The position numbers were made by a program, and so were the translations under genes. 64,000 bases of DNA. Source: Roseibacillus sp. GTDB lineage: Bacteria; Verrucomicrobiota; Verrucomicrobiia; Verrucomicrobiales; Akkermansiaceae. Positions 53,166 through 63,202 of this stretch are shown here, piece after piece. The stretch lies in NCBI GenBank assembly GCA_965242925.1, contig CBDEUM010000014.1, forward strand, positions 64,001-128,000, given 5' to 3'. Under the pieces are notes generated by a model. The model was not told the origin of the DNA, did no database searches, and saw only the letters and a list, made by a program, of their open reading frames with translations. Numbering within the stretch: position 1 is the first letter of the stretch; each line of letters starts with the position of its first letter.

Positions 53166-56152
53166 GACCCTGCATCCGGGAAATCCTCGCGACGTTACGC
53201 AGGACACTCCCGGTGATGATTGCGGTCCTGGCCACCCCTTACACCCTGGACGCACAGGCAGAGGAACCGCCCGGCGTGGAGGAGCTTCTCGCCCAGGGCC
53301 GGTTCGAGGAAGCCCTGCCCACTCTCGTCCGGTTGGAACAGGAATGGAGTCGGGAAGTCCACGACAACGACACGAAGGAGACTCGCCTGAATTGGGCTCT
53401 TTCTCTACAGGGCCGCGGGAGCGCGGAGGCCCGGCTCCAGCAATTTGACGCGGCTCTCGACCACCTCCGGCATGCACGCGACCTGGCCGTCGAGGGGCAA
53501 TTCGGCCCCGAGTTCCTGGCCGGGATCCTCGATGAACTCGGACGAACCGAGGGCAAGGCCGGCTCCTACGAGGAAGCCGGACAGTCCCTCCTCCAGGCCA
53601 TCGAGCAACACCGGAAACTCGATCCGGTCGACCGGGAACCATGGCTCTCTGCCAGCCAGAACCACCTGGGACTCGTCTACCTCACCACCGGTCGCTACGA
53701 GGAGGCGGGGCGAATTTTCCACGAAACCCTCGGCCAGGCTGGTGAGAACGAGGAAGCCCTTCGTTTCCAACACGAGTGCCTCGGCAGGTACTTTTACGTG
53801 ATGCGGAGCTACGCCAAGGCCGCCGAGCATCTCGAGGAGGCCCGGGAGCATGCCCTCGGCATCGAGGGCAGGAGAAAGGAGCACCCGGAGATCGTCAGTC
53901 TCACTGGTCAGATCGGCCTCGCGCTCCTGCGCCTCGGTCCTGAATCCCGCGATCTGGCCCGCCGCTACCTCCTGGAGGCGGCCAATCTCACCAGGGAACT
54001 GCAGAGCTCGCGGGTGAACCGCCTGGCCCTCGCTTCGCACCTCTCCAATCTCGGCTCCCTTGAACTGGAGGCTGAAGACAATGAGAAAGCCCGCGGACTC
54101 TTCCGGGAGGCACTCGGCATCTCCCGGGAGCTGCTGGGAGCCGACGCGCCCTCGCTGGCCCCCTACTACACCAACCTGGGCTTCGCGAACCAGCAACTGG
54201 GGGACTACCCGGAGGCCCGCAGGTCCTACCGAAGATCCGCGGATCTCTACCGCGCTTCCGTCGGCACCCGGCACCAGGCCTACGTCGAAGCTGAACTCAA
54301 CTATCTCGAGAGCCTCTTCCTCTCGACCTCCTCTACCGAAGAAACTGCGACCGAGACCAGGAAGCTCACCGCCCAGGCCCTCCAACTCTTCGATGACATC
54401 ATCGCCTTCGGCACCGAGCGCCAGCGTCTGAACTGGCTGCGCGAAAACCACCTTCTCACTCTTCCCTGCTCGCTGGGAAATGATCCCGCCTTCATTGCCG
54501 ACACCGTCCTGCGGACCAAGGCCCGCATTATCGACAGCCTCCTCTCCGAACAGCAGGACGCCGCCCGGGATCCCGAACTCAACCGGCTGAGCACCAGATT
54601 CGAGAGGAAACAGCGGGAACTCGACGACCTCCTCTTTCGCAATGAGGACCCGGACAAGATCAGCGCTGTCCACGAAGAGATCACCACCCTCGAAGGCAGG
54701 CTTCGAAGCGCCCGGCGCGGAGCAGCAGGAACCACCGTCAGGACCACCTGGAAAGATGTGCAGGATACCCTGCCGCCCGGAGCCGCCTTTGTCGACTACG
54801 TGCGCTACACCGACCTCACCAAGCCCGGAACAAGCAGCCTCTCCTACGGAGCGATCCTTATCCTGCCGGAAGGCGGGCCCAAGTGGATTCCCCTCGGCAC
54901 CGATAAGGATCTCACCATCTGGCTCGGCGTCCTCAAGGATCGCCTGCAATACCGCAGCTACCTCCTCAGTTCGACCGGTTCCGCCTCTCCTCCGGCCCTG
55001 CGCATGAGCTCTGCTCTCCACCGCCTGCACGACCTTTTCTGGGACCCGGTCGCCGCCCAGTTTCCCGAGGGAACGGACACGGTCGGAATCTCCCCGGATG
55101 CCGGCCTCAACTTCATCTCCTTCGCCGTCCTTCTCGACGACGAGGGACGATTCCTCGCCGAGAAATTCCAGCAGTTGGTTTACTACGCCAGCGCTCGGGA
55201 TCTCCTGCTCCGGAACGAGCGCCCCTCTTTGCAGGACGGTCCCTGGGCTGTCATTGCCGTGCCCGAGTTCGAAGAGCATGAGCAGGCGTCGGAGAGAGAA
55301 CGGGAGACGGCCGATGAGCTCAGCAAGATCGTACTGCAGAGTATCGAGGGCTTTGCCGACATCCCCGGGGTGCGGGAGGAAATGAAACTTCTCCGGAAGA
55401 TCATGCCGGCCCATTCCGGCGAAACCAGAATGATCAACGCCAACGAGGAAGATGTCCGCGGATTATCAGACAGCCCCGTTGTCCTTCACCTCGCCACCCA
55501 CGCTTTTCTCCTGCCTCCGGCGGAGGAAACAGCCTCCAACGAATTGCAGGACTACCACCAGGCACCCGATCACTTCTACCGCAGCGGCTTGGTCCTCACC
55601 GAGGCCAAGCGGGCCCACTCCGCCCGCGCCCGCGGTGTCGAAATCCCCTTCGACCGGGATGGCGTCCTCTTCTCCAATGAAGTAAAGAACCTCCCCCTCC
55701 GCAACACCCGTCTGGTCACCCTCTCCTCCTGCGATTCCGGCCTGGGTGAATCCGTGCGGGGCGATGGAGTGCTGGGACTCCGCCGGGGATTCACCCTCGC
55801 GGGCAGCTCCGCCATCCTCCTCAGCCTCTGGCCCGTTTCGGATGACAGCACTCCCGATTTCATGAAACACATGTACCAACTCTCTCTCGCCACCGACCGC
55901 ATCGGACAATCGCTCTGGGAAACCCAGCGACGCAGCCTGGCCGGGGTCGATCCTACCGACGATGCAGCCATGGAGGAAGCCGTCCTCCGCTATGGCTGCT
56001 TTGTCCTGTGCCAGCGTGGACCCCTGCAGACGGCGATCGAGATGCCGGAGATCAGGGAGCCCTCCAGGATCAGGTGGGCCCTCGCCCTGGCGGTGGCCGG
56101 CCTGCTCATCCTGGTGGCGACCAGAAAATGGAGAAAAAGCCAACCGGCATGA
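53135..56152 (+). CDS. TPR + CHAT domain (caspase/HetF-like) protein with C-terminal membrane anchor; start uncertain (53135, 53213 or 53216)
   Basis: TPR-like repeats (NHLGLVYLTTGRYEEA, SNLGSL, TNLGFA); ISPDAGLNFISFAVL; HLATHA; LVTLSSCDSG; LSLWPVSD; TM WALALAVAGLLILVA followed by RKWRK. Confidence 0.9.
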   Translation: MFLPNSCPPVGPCIREILATLRRTLPVMIAVLATPYTLDAQAEEPPGVEELLAQGRFEEALPTLVRLEQEWSREVHDNDTKETRLNWALSLQGRGSAEARLQQFDAALDHLRHARDLAVEGQFGPEFLAGILDELGRTEGKAGSYEEAGQSLLQAIEQHRKLDPVDREPWLSASQNHLGLVYLTTGRYEEAGRIFHETLGQAGENEEALRFQHECLGRYFYVMRSYAKAAEHLEEAREHALGIEGRRKEHPEIVSLTGQIGLALLRLGPESRDLARRYLLEAANLTRELQSSRVNRLALASHLSNLGSLELEAEDNEKARGLFREALGISRELLGADAPSLAPYYTNLGFANQQLGDYPEARRSYRRSADLYRASVGTRHQAYVEAELNYLESLFLSTSSTEETATETRKLTAQALQLFDDIIAFGTERQRLNWLRENHLLTLPCSLGNDPAFIADTVLRTKARIIDSLLSEQQDAARDPELNRLSTRFERKQRELDDLLFRNEDPDKISAVHEEITTLEGRLRSARRGAAGTTVRTTWKDVQDTLPPGAAFVDYVRYTDLTKPGTSSLSYGAILILPEGGPKWIPLGTDKDLTIWLGVLKDRLQYRSYLLSSTGSASPPALRMSSALHRLHDLFWDPVAAQFPEGTDTVGISPDAGLNFISFAVLLDDEGRFLAEKFQQLVYYASARDLLLRNERPSLQDGPWAVIAVPEFEEHEQASERERETADELSKIVLQSIEGFADIPGVREEMKLLRKIMPAHSGETRMINANEEDVRGLSDSPVVLHLATHAFLLPPAEETASNELQDYHQAPDHFYRSGLVLTEAKRAHSARARGVEIPFDRDGVLFSNEVKNLPLRNTRLVTLSSCDSGLGESVRGDGVLGLRRGFTLAGSSAILLSLWPVSDDSTPDFMKHMYQLSLATDRIGQSLWETQRRSLAGVDPTDDAAMEEAVLRYGCFVLCQRGPLQTAIEMPEIREPSRIRWALALAVAGLLILVATRKWRKSQPA

Positions 56153-56238
56153 GGTGCGGGAAATTCGAATGCGGACCCCCGGTCCACGGCGACCAACCGG
56201 AACTTGAAACCTGAAACCGGAAGCAGGAGACTGCCGCC

Positions 56239-57096
56239 ATGTTCCGTCTCTATCGAACCGCTTCCGGAATCTACCTTGAACACGAAGGTGAGCAGCGTAC
56301 TGCCAGCCTCTCCCTCGACGACGTCTTCCGCGCACCCGAACCCGTCACCCTCCTCCAACAGGCCTGGGACGCCGGCACCGCCTCCACAGTTCACCCGGAA
56401 TCACGGACTGCTGCTCCCGATCCACTGCTTCCCCCTCTCGGTTCCCAGGAAGTCTGGGCCGCGGGAGTGACCTATTACCGCAGCCGCACCGCCCGCATGG
56501 AGGAGAGCGAACAGGCCGGGGGCGACCGGTTCTACGATCTTGTCTACGACGCCGAACGCCCCGAGCTCTTTTTCAAGGCCACCTCCCGCCGTGTTCGGGG
56601 GCCCGGCGAAGCCGTCGGAATCCGCTCCGATTCAAACTGGGATGTCCCGGAACCGGAGCTCACCCTCGCCATTAACCGCGATGGCCAGGTCTTCGGAGCC
56701 ACCGTCGGCAACGACATGAGTTCGCGCTCCATCGAAGGGGAGAACCCCCTCTACCTCCCCCAGGCCAAGGTCTACACCGGCTCGACCGCTCTCGGCCCCT
56801 GCCTCCTCGTCGGCAGCCTTCCCGGACCAGAGGACGAGATCGTGCTCAGCATTTCGAGGGACGGCGACGAGGTCTTCAGGGGATCAACCGCCCTCTCACA
56901 ACTCAAGCGCAGCTATGATGAACTGGCTGACTTCCTCTTCCGTGAGAACGATTTTCCCGACGGAGCCTTCCTCATGACCGGGACCGGCATCGTCCCCGAT
57001 CATCCTTTCACGCTCCGGACGGGCGATGTCGTCCGGATCTCGATCGACGGAATCGGGACCTTGGAGAACCCGGTTGCCCTCGCCAACACCCTTTAA
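56239..57096 (+). CDS. Fumarylacetoacetate-hydrolase family protein, probable 2-keto-3-deoxy-pentonate dehydratase (XylX-like)
   Basis: [60 protein letters not shown]; next to a xylonate dehydratase. Confidence 0.88.
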   Translation: MFRLYRTASGIYLEHEGEQRTASLSLDDVFRAPEPVTLLQQAWDAGTASTVHPESRTAAPDPLLPPLGSQEVWAAGVTYYRSRTARMEESEQAGGDRFYDLVYDAERPELFFKATSRRVRGPGEAVGIRSDSNWDVPEPELTLAINRDGQVFGATVGNDMSSRSIEGENPLYLPQAKVYTGSTALGPCLLVGSLPGPEDEIVLSISRDGDEVFRGSTALSQLKRSYDELADFLFRENDFPDGAFLMTGTGIVPDHPFTLRTGDVVRISIDGIGTLENPVALANTL

Positions 57097-57334
57097 TCAT
57101 GAAGGGTAGAGATGGGTGGCTATTTGTCAGCCATTCGTGCACATTAGGGCCGGAGGCCCCACCACTTGGCTTCGTCACCGTGAAGACCGGGTGGAGGGGC
57201 ACAAATCCTCCCCCCACAGATCCATCACATTCCCCAGGAGGATTCACCACTCCGACCTTGCCGTGACGAGGCGAGGCAGAAACAAGGCCTTCTCGCTTTC
57301 AACTTCCTTACCTTCGACTTGCCGACTCTTTTCC

Positions 57335-59239
57335 ATGCCCCATCCCATCCTTGATTCCTCCTCGGCGGATATTTTCACCATCCGGACCACCGCCTCCGGT
57401 CCCACGGGGGCACTTCCCTTCACCGGATCATTCCTGCAGGACTCTCCAAGCGGGGATGTTTTCGGTTGGACGCAGGACGCCGGAATGGGATGGGACCCCT
57501 CCGAGCTGGGCAGTCCCGAATTCCTCATGCTCTCTACCTCGGGAGGCATCCGCAATCCCGACGGCACCCCCGTCGCACTCGGCCTGCATACCGGGCACTG
57601 GGAAGTGTCCCTGCTCATGGAAGAGGCTGCAGGTGTCTTCAAGGCCAACGGCGCAGTCCCCTTCGCGGTCTTCTGCAGCGATCCCTGCGACGGTCGCTCG
57701 CAGGGCACAACCGGCATGTTCGATTCCCTTGCCTATCGCAATGACGCCGCGACTGTTCTGCGGCGCCTCACCCGCTCGCTGCCCACCGCCAGGGGCATGA
57801 TGGGAGTGGCAACCTGCGACAAGGGCCTGCCCGCCATGATGATGGCCCTGGCTGGAAATGGCCATCTGCCCGGAATCCTCGTCCCCGGTGGGGTGACCCT
57901 GCTCTCCGAGGAGGGAGAAGACCTTGCCAAGGTGCAGTCGGTGGGCGCTCGTTTCGCACACAGCGAAATCGATCTCCAGACGGCCTCCGAGACCGCCTGC
58001 CGGTCGTGCGGGTCACCGGGCGGAGGCTGCCAGTTCCTGGGAACGGCCGCCACCACCCAGGTGGTGGCTGAAGCGCTGGGCATGACCCTCCCCCACGCCG
58101 CTCTCGCACCCAGCGGATCGAACGCCTGGCGCGACATGGCCCGCCGCTCTGCCCTCGCTCTGATGGAGATGACCCGCAACAGGATTCCGCTGTCCTCCAT
58201 CCTGACCGAGGCCTCCCTCCACAACGCCCTCGTCCTGCACGCCGCCTTCGGTGGATCGACCAACCTCATCCTCCACATTCCCGCCATTGCTCATGCCGCA
58301 GGCTTGCCCAGGCCCAACGTGGACGACTGGCAACGCATCAACCGGAAAGTACCGCGCCTTGTGGACGCCCTGCCCAACGGTCCCCACGGCTACGCCACCG
58401 TGCAGGTGTTCCTCGCCGGGGGAGTCCCCGAGGTCATGCTCCACCTCCGCGATCACGGACTGCTCGAACTCGATGCGCCCACCGTGTCGGGGCAGACCAT
58501 CGGAGAGAACCTGGCCTGGTGGGAACAGTCTGAACGCCGCCGCCTCTTCCGGGACAAGCTGACCGCTCTCGACGGAATCGATCCCCACGATGTCATCCGG
58601 CCCCCGGAGGATGCCTTTCCCAGCACGGTCACCTTCATCCAGGGCAACCTCGTTCCCGATGGAGCAGTGGTGAAGAGCACCGCCATCGATCCCGATCTGC
58701 TGGACGACGAGGGGATCTTTCTCCACGAGGGACCGGCCCGCGTCTTCGTCTCCGAGGAAGCCGCCATCGCGGCCTTGAAATCAACGGGTGATGACCGGGT
58801 GCAGGGGGGCGAAGTGCTCGTCCTCGCCGGACTCGGTCCCCTCGGGGCCGGCATGCCGGAGACCTACCAGGTCACCTCCACCCTCCGTTATGCCTCGGTC
58901 GGGAAAAACCTGGCCGTCCTCACCGATGCCCGCTTCTCCGGGGTTTCCACCGGTCCCTGCCTCGGACATGCCTCGCCGGAGGCCCTCGCCGGAGGTCCCT
59001 TGGGCAAGCTCCGCGATGGAGATCCCATCCGGATTCACATCGACACCCGGAAGCTGGTGGGCACCGCTGAATTTGTCGGCGACCTCGAGAAATTCCTCGA
59101 CCGGCCTATTCATCCCGACCTCGCCCCCGATCCCCGTCTTCCCGATGACACGAGACTCTGGGCCGCTCTCCAGAACGCCTCAGGCGGTTCCTGGGGCGGC
59201 TGCGTCTATGACGTGGACGAGATTATCAAGCGCCTCTGA
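57335..59239 (+). CDS. YjhG/YagF family D-xylonate dehydratase (IlvD/Edd superfamily)
   Basis: [68 protein letters not shown]. Start moved to ATG 57335. Confidence 0.92.
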   Translation: MPHPILDSSSADIFTIRTTASGPTGALPFTGSFLQDSPSGDVFGWTQDAGMGWDPSELGSPEFLMLSTSGGIRNPDGTPVALGLHTGHWEVSLLMEEAAGVFKANGAVPFAVFCSDPCDGRSQGTTGMFDSLAYRNDAATVLRRLTRSLPTARGMMGVATCDKGLPAMMMALAGNGHLPGILVPGGVTLLSEEGEDLAKVQSVGARFAHSEIDLQTASETACRSCGSPGGGCQFLGTAATTQVVAEALGMTLPHAALAPSGSNAWRDMARRSALALMEMTRNRIPLSSILTEASLHNALVLHAAFGGSTNLILHIPAIAHAAGLPRPNVDDWQRINRKVPRLVDALPNGPHGYATVQVFLAGGVPEVMLHLRDHGLLELDAPTVSGQTIGENLAWWEQSERRRLFRDKLTALDGIDPHDVIRPPEDAFPSTVTFIQGNLVPDGAVVKSTAIDPDLLDDEGIFLHEGPARVFVSEEAAIAALKSTGDDRVQGGEVLVLAGLGPLGAGMPETYQVTSTLRYASVGKNLAVLTDARFSGVSTGPCLGHASPEALAGGPLGKLRDGDPIRIHIDTRKLVGTAEFVGDLEKFLDRPIHPDLAPDPRLPDDTRLWAALQNASGGSWGGCVYDVDEIIKRL

Positions 59240-59271
59240 GCGACAACCCGGACAGGCGGCAGCCCGGGCAA

Positions 59272-59529
59272 TCATTTGCCATCGGTCCCGGCAGGCCGAT
59301 AGAACCAACTGGGAAAGGGCGCACTCTTCCAACCATCGATCCTGCGGTGATGGAACTGCCGTCCCCGGTCCTCCAGCAGCGGAATGGACATCCCTGCCGT
59401 CGCCGCCAACTGGGCAAAGAGACGCTTGTTCATCTCCTCCACCTCCACGGCCGTCACATCCCCGGGAATGAGCACGAAGCCACCCAGGAGGCCGACAAAA
59501 ACCATGGAAATCCTGTAAGTTGAACGCAT
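59272..59529 (-). CDS. Small hypothetical exported protein, possibly truncated
   Basis: Signal-peptide-like N-terminus; starts 15 bp after the upstream gene on the same strand. Confidence 0.4.
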   Translation of the reverse strand: MRSTYRISMVFVGLLGGFVLIPGDVTAVEVEEMNKRLFAQLAATAGMSIPLLEDRGRQFHHRRIDGWKSAPFPSWFYRPAGTDGK

Positions 59530-59544
59530 ATCCGGACCAAATCC

Positions 59545-60513
59545 TCACTTCTTTGCCCACACCTTCCACCCTTTCTCGATCCTCTCCTTGTCGGGCTTCC
59601 CGTTACTCACCGTCAGCAGGTAGGACTCTACGATTTGCTCTCCCGGCTTGATTTCCCAGGCCTTCTCCTGGGCCGGAACTACATTAAAGAAAATCGCACC
59701 ATTGTGGCTGCTGGGCGGCCAGGTCCGCAGGCGCTGGGGAAAATCACGATTCCCGGGATGCATCATCACGGTCAGGGTGACCGGACCCTTGCTGGTTGCA
59801 CCCCACATCGCCACCCACCTGGCCCGGGTGGCGTGACTGTTGGTGCGATCCAGTCCCTCCGAGGTGAGATAGTCGCTGTTGGTCTTGTCCCAGTGGTGCG
59901 GTGCGCGGTAGGCGAGTCCTCCCCCGTAGCGATAGGCCGGAAGGACCAGGATCTCGCTGCTCACGTTGGTCTGCTTGATACGGTATCCCACCCGGTTCTC
60001 GCCATTCACGAACTCCGCCCTGATCCCAAACTGCTCCTTCAGGACAACTGTCTCCTTCCGGTCCGACCCCTTGTAGGCCACCTGCTCCTGCTCCACGACA
60101 AAACCAACCGACGGGTCCCTCTCCGAGCCCTTGTGCAATTCGATCGTCTTGGCGTAACGCACCCGCCCCGTCCTGCCCCGCAGGTTCCAGAAATCAGGCG
60201 TGTCCTTCCCATGCTTGGTCTTCACCCAGGCATGCCAGAGCCCAAGGTGGTGATAATGATCGGCAGGATGAATCCCGGTCACCGGTTCCCCATTCGGGGC
60301 GCAGAGAGGATGGATGAATCCACTCCGTTTGTAGATGGGATCCGCCTTCTCGGGCGGCGGCACCTCCGCCTTGTGATAGGTCAACACCGGCACCTCCCCC
60401 CGCGTGATCGTGATGGCCTTCTCGGTCTCGGTCACCTGCAACTCCCCCGCTGCGAAGAGCGGGCCGATCAGGAAAAAGACAAGGATGGAGAGCAGGACAT
60501 ACCGGACCTTCAT
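59545..60513 (-). CDS. 'PmoA family'/DUF6807-like secreted protein of unknown function (not a methane monooxygenase subunit)
   Basis: Signal peptide, RSGFIHPL, PADHYHHLGLW, YRYGGG, MHPGN. Confidence 0.78.
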   Translation of the reverse strand: MKVRYVLLSILVFFLIGPLFAAGELQVTETEKAITITRGEVPVLTYHKAEVPPPEKADPIYKRSGFIHPLCAPNGEPVTGIHPADHYHHLGLWHAWVKTKHGKDTPDFWNLRGRTGRVRYAKTIELHKGSERDPSVGFVVEQEQVAYKGSDRKETVVLKEQFGIRAEFVNGENRVGYRIKQTNVSSEILVLPAYRYGGGLAYRAPHHWDKTNSDYLTSEGLDRTNSHATRARWVAMWGATSKGPVTLTVMMHPGNRDFPQRLRTWPPSSHNGAIFFNVVPAQEKAWEIKPGEQIVESYLLTVSNGKPDKERIEKGWKVWAKK

Positions 60514-60735
60514 GATCCCCTACCGAAACCAATTCCTCTCCCTTCGTCAATCATGCTGCATCCCCATGGTCATCTCTCCGGTCCACATCCCTCCCGGACA
60601 ACTCATTTCGCTGAACCGACCTCTGCCTGATCCATGCCTCCAGACCACGGAAATGCGGCTTGATCCTGATCAGGGGCGGACCTAGCGTCGACAAAGCTGC
60701 CCGGAGTTATCCGAAGCAGACTGGATCGAAGACAC

Positions 60736-60808
<73 letters not shown>

Positions 60809-60947
60809 GTCTTCCTCCAGCCCATCAGTGGAAGAGCCCCCTGGACCCGACCAAGTCAGGAACGAGGCGGGAGCGCTCAGCTCCCTCGCCGGGCAACCGG
60901 CCCTCCGCCATTGCCTCCCTCTCCGAAGGCATTACCATCTCCCCCCC

Positions 60948-61916
60948 ATGGAGATCCTGATCGTGTCCCCGGCCGCCTCCGTGCCGAACGGGAACTCGCA
61001 CACCGCCAAGTGGTGGGTCTCCGAGCTCTCGATCCTCGGGCACAAGGTGCGGATTTCTGCGGGTGCGGACGATGGTCCCGCCGATCTCCTCATCGCCCTC
61101 CACGCCGAGAAGAGCCACGAGGCCCTGATCCGCTTTCACACGAACCACGAGGAAGCCAGCACCGTCGTTGCGCTCACTGGAACCGACCTGTATCCGGAGC
61201 TCTCCTCAACCTCGCTCGCCTCCCTGGAGATGGCTGACCGCATCGTGGTCCTGCAGGGCAAGGCTCTGGCACGAATCCCGGACGAGTACCGCTCCAAGGC
61301 CCGGATCATCCACCTCTCCGCTTCTCCCCACCCCTCCCCCGGGGAGAAGGAGGACCCACAGGACGGGTTCACGGTCTGTGTGGTGGGTCATCTCCGGACA
61401 GTGAAGGATCCCATGCGCACCGCCCGGGCCGCGCGGCTTCTTCCGCCCGGATCCAGCCTCCGGGTTCTGCACGCTGGAGCCATCCTGGAAGAAAAGTTCG
61501 AGGAGGAGGTTGAACACGAGGAGAAGGGCAATCCACGCTACCGGTGGCTTGGAAGCCTGGACCAGGACGACGCCGACCGGCTCATTGCCTCCAGCGACCT
61601 CCTCGCCCTCACCTCCTCCCAGGAAGGAGGCGGTTGTGTCCTGAACGAAGCGATCGCAGCCAGGACGCCTATCGTGGCCAGCCGGAATGATGCAACCACC
61701 AGCCTGCTGGGAGACGACTATCCCGGACTCTTCACCTTTGGCGAGACCGGGGAACTCACGACCCTGCTCCATCGCTGCGAATCCGATCCCTCCTTCCGCT
61801 CCCAACTACTGGAAGCCGCGCAATCTCATCTGGATGCGTGCAGTGCAACACGGGAACGGGAGAACTGGAGCGCTCTTCTCCACGAACTGTTCCCAAAGCC
61901 CCCTGCCGGACAATGA
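60948..61916 (+). CDS. senB: Selenosugar synthase SenB-like glycosyltransferase (TIGR04348-like)
   Basis: IVSPA...NGNSHTAKWW, IALHAEKS, LTGTDLY, VVGHLRTVKDP, SSQEGG, LLGDDYPGLF; ATGA overlap with the next gene. Start moved to ATG 60948. Confidence 0.85.
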   Translation: MEILIVSPAASVPNGNSHTAKWWVSELSILGHKVRISAGADDGPADLLIALHAEKSHEALIRFHTNHEEASTVVALTGTDLYPELSSTSLASLEMADRIVVLQGKALARIPDEYRSKARIIHLSASPHPSPGEKEDPQDGFTVCVVGHLRTVKDPMRTARAARLLPPGSSLRVLHAGAILEEKFEEEVEHEEKGNPRYRWLGSLDQDDADRLIASSDLLALTSSQEGGGCVLNEAIAARTPIVASRNDATTSLLGDDYPGLFTFGETGELTTLLHRCESDPSFRSQLLEAAQSHLDACSATRERENWSALLHELFPKPPAGQ

Positions 61917-63202
61917 AGACCAGGAAAGAACTTCGCAGCGAACTGGACAACACCGATCGCCGGACCCGCGCCCTCCTCGACGACCTGAGCGAAGAGCAAC
62001 TGGACGTCCCCTATCACCGCGGAATCAACCCGCCCATCTGGGAACTGGGCCACTCCGCCTTCTTTTACGAGTACTTCCTCCTCAGAGAACTCGACCAGTC
62101 CGCCCCCCGCATGCCGGGCTACGACGAAATCTGGGACTCCTTCGAGATCCAGCACCGCAACCGCTGGCAGAAGAACGTCATCCCCGACCACGGGACCACG
62201 CAGGCCTACTACCAGCGCATCCTCGATGAGGTGCGCCAACGGCTCGAGGCGGAATCCCTCGAACCCCGGGAGCACTACCTGTGCCACTACTGCATCGCGC
62301 ACCAGAACATGCACATCGAATCGCTCCTCTGGGCCCGGCAGACCCTCGGCTACCCCGCTCCCTCCTCCGTTTGCCCCGTCGAACAGGCACCTCCCGCCCC
62401 GGGGAACACCGGAGACGCCGAGCTCGAGGGCGGCATTTACCCGATCGGGAGACCGGCCGGATCTCCCGGGTCCGCAACCAGTGAGTTCAGCTTCGACAAC
62501 GAACGGCCCGGGTTCGAGATCAGGCTGGAACCCTTTGCCATCTCCAGGACCCTGGTCTCCAATCGTGACTTCCTCTCCTTCGTGGCGGACGACGGATACC
62601 AGCGCCCCGAGTTGTGGAGTTACGGAGGAAAGTGGTGGCTCCAGGAAGAAGGCCCCTCCTGCCCCCTCTACTGGCGGGAAGAAAACGGGCAGTGGCAGGC
62701 TCGCCGCTTTGGCCAATGGGTCGAGCTGCCGCTCGAGGCCCCGGCCCTCCATCTGAGCTACTGGGAAGCGGAAGCATGGTGCATCTGGGCAAACCGCCGA
62801 CTGCCCACCGAGTATGAATGGGAAGCGGCCGCCCGGGGAACGAACGGACGGCTTTTCCCGTGGGGTGACTCCATGGAACCAGGAAGAGCCGACCTCGATG
62901 CCGGCCCGATGGCCACCGCCCCGGTGGATGCCCTCCCGGAGGGCGCATCCGAATGCGGCTGCCTGCAGATGGTGGGGACGGCCTGGGAGTGGACCAGCAA
63001 TCAGTACCTGCCCTACGCCGGCTTCGAGGTGGATATGTATCCCTACATGTCCACTCTCCAGTTCGGCGACCACAAGACCACGAGGGGTGGATCCTGTGCC
63101 ACCTCGTCCTGCCTCATCCGCAACACCTACCGTCAGGCCTACCTGCCGGGACGGCGCGACGTTTTCACTGGCTTTCGCACCTGCGCAGGGTCATCCATCT
63201 AA
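61913..63202 (+). CDS. senA: SenA/EgtB-family non-haem iron selenoxide/sulfoxide synthase (DinB + FGE-sulfatase domains)
   Basis: NPPIWELGH, HQNMHIE (three Fe-binding His), FSFDNE, SYWEAEAWC...RLPTEYEWE, WEWT, RGGS, FTGFR; coupled to senB. Confidence 0.75.
   Translation: MKTRKELRSELDNTDRRTRALLDDLSEEQLDVPYHRGINPPIWELGHSAFFYEYFLLRELDQSAPRMPGYDEIWDSFEIQHRNRWQKNVIPDHGTTQAYYQRILDEVRQRLEAESLEPREHYLCHYCIAHQNMHIESLLWARQTLGYPAPSSVCPVEQAPPAPGNTGDAELEGGIYPIGRPAGSPGSATSEFSFDNERPGFEIRLEPFAISRTLVSNRDFLSFVADDGYQRPELWSYGGKWWLQEEGPSCPLYWREENGQWQARRFGQWVELPLEAPALHLSYWEAEAWCIWANRRLPTEYEWEAAARGTNGRLFPWGDSMEPGRADLDAGPMATAPVDALPEGASECGCLQMVGTAWEWTSNQYLPYAGFEVDMYPYMSTLQFGDHKTTRGGSCATSSCLIRNTYRQAYLPGRRDVFTGFRTCAGSSI

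Noticed and set aside
56197..56224. Degenerate heptamer run ccggaac-ttgaaac-ctgaaac-cggaagc
   Set aside because: Only four imperfect units; too weak to assign a function.
59545..60513. Methane monooxygenase subunit / methanotrophy
   Set aside because: A soluble secreted protein of the misleadingly named family; it lacks multiple TM helices and there is no pmoC or pmoB.
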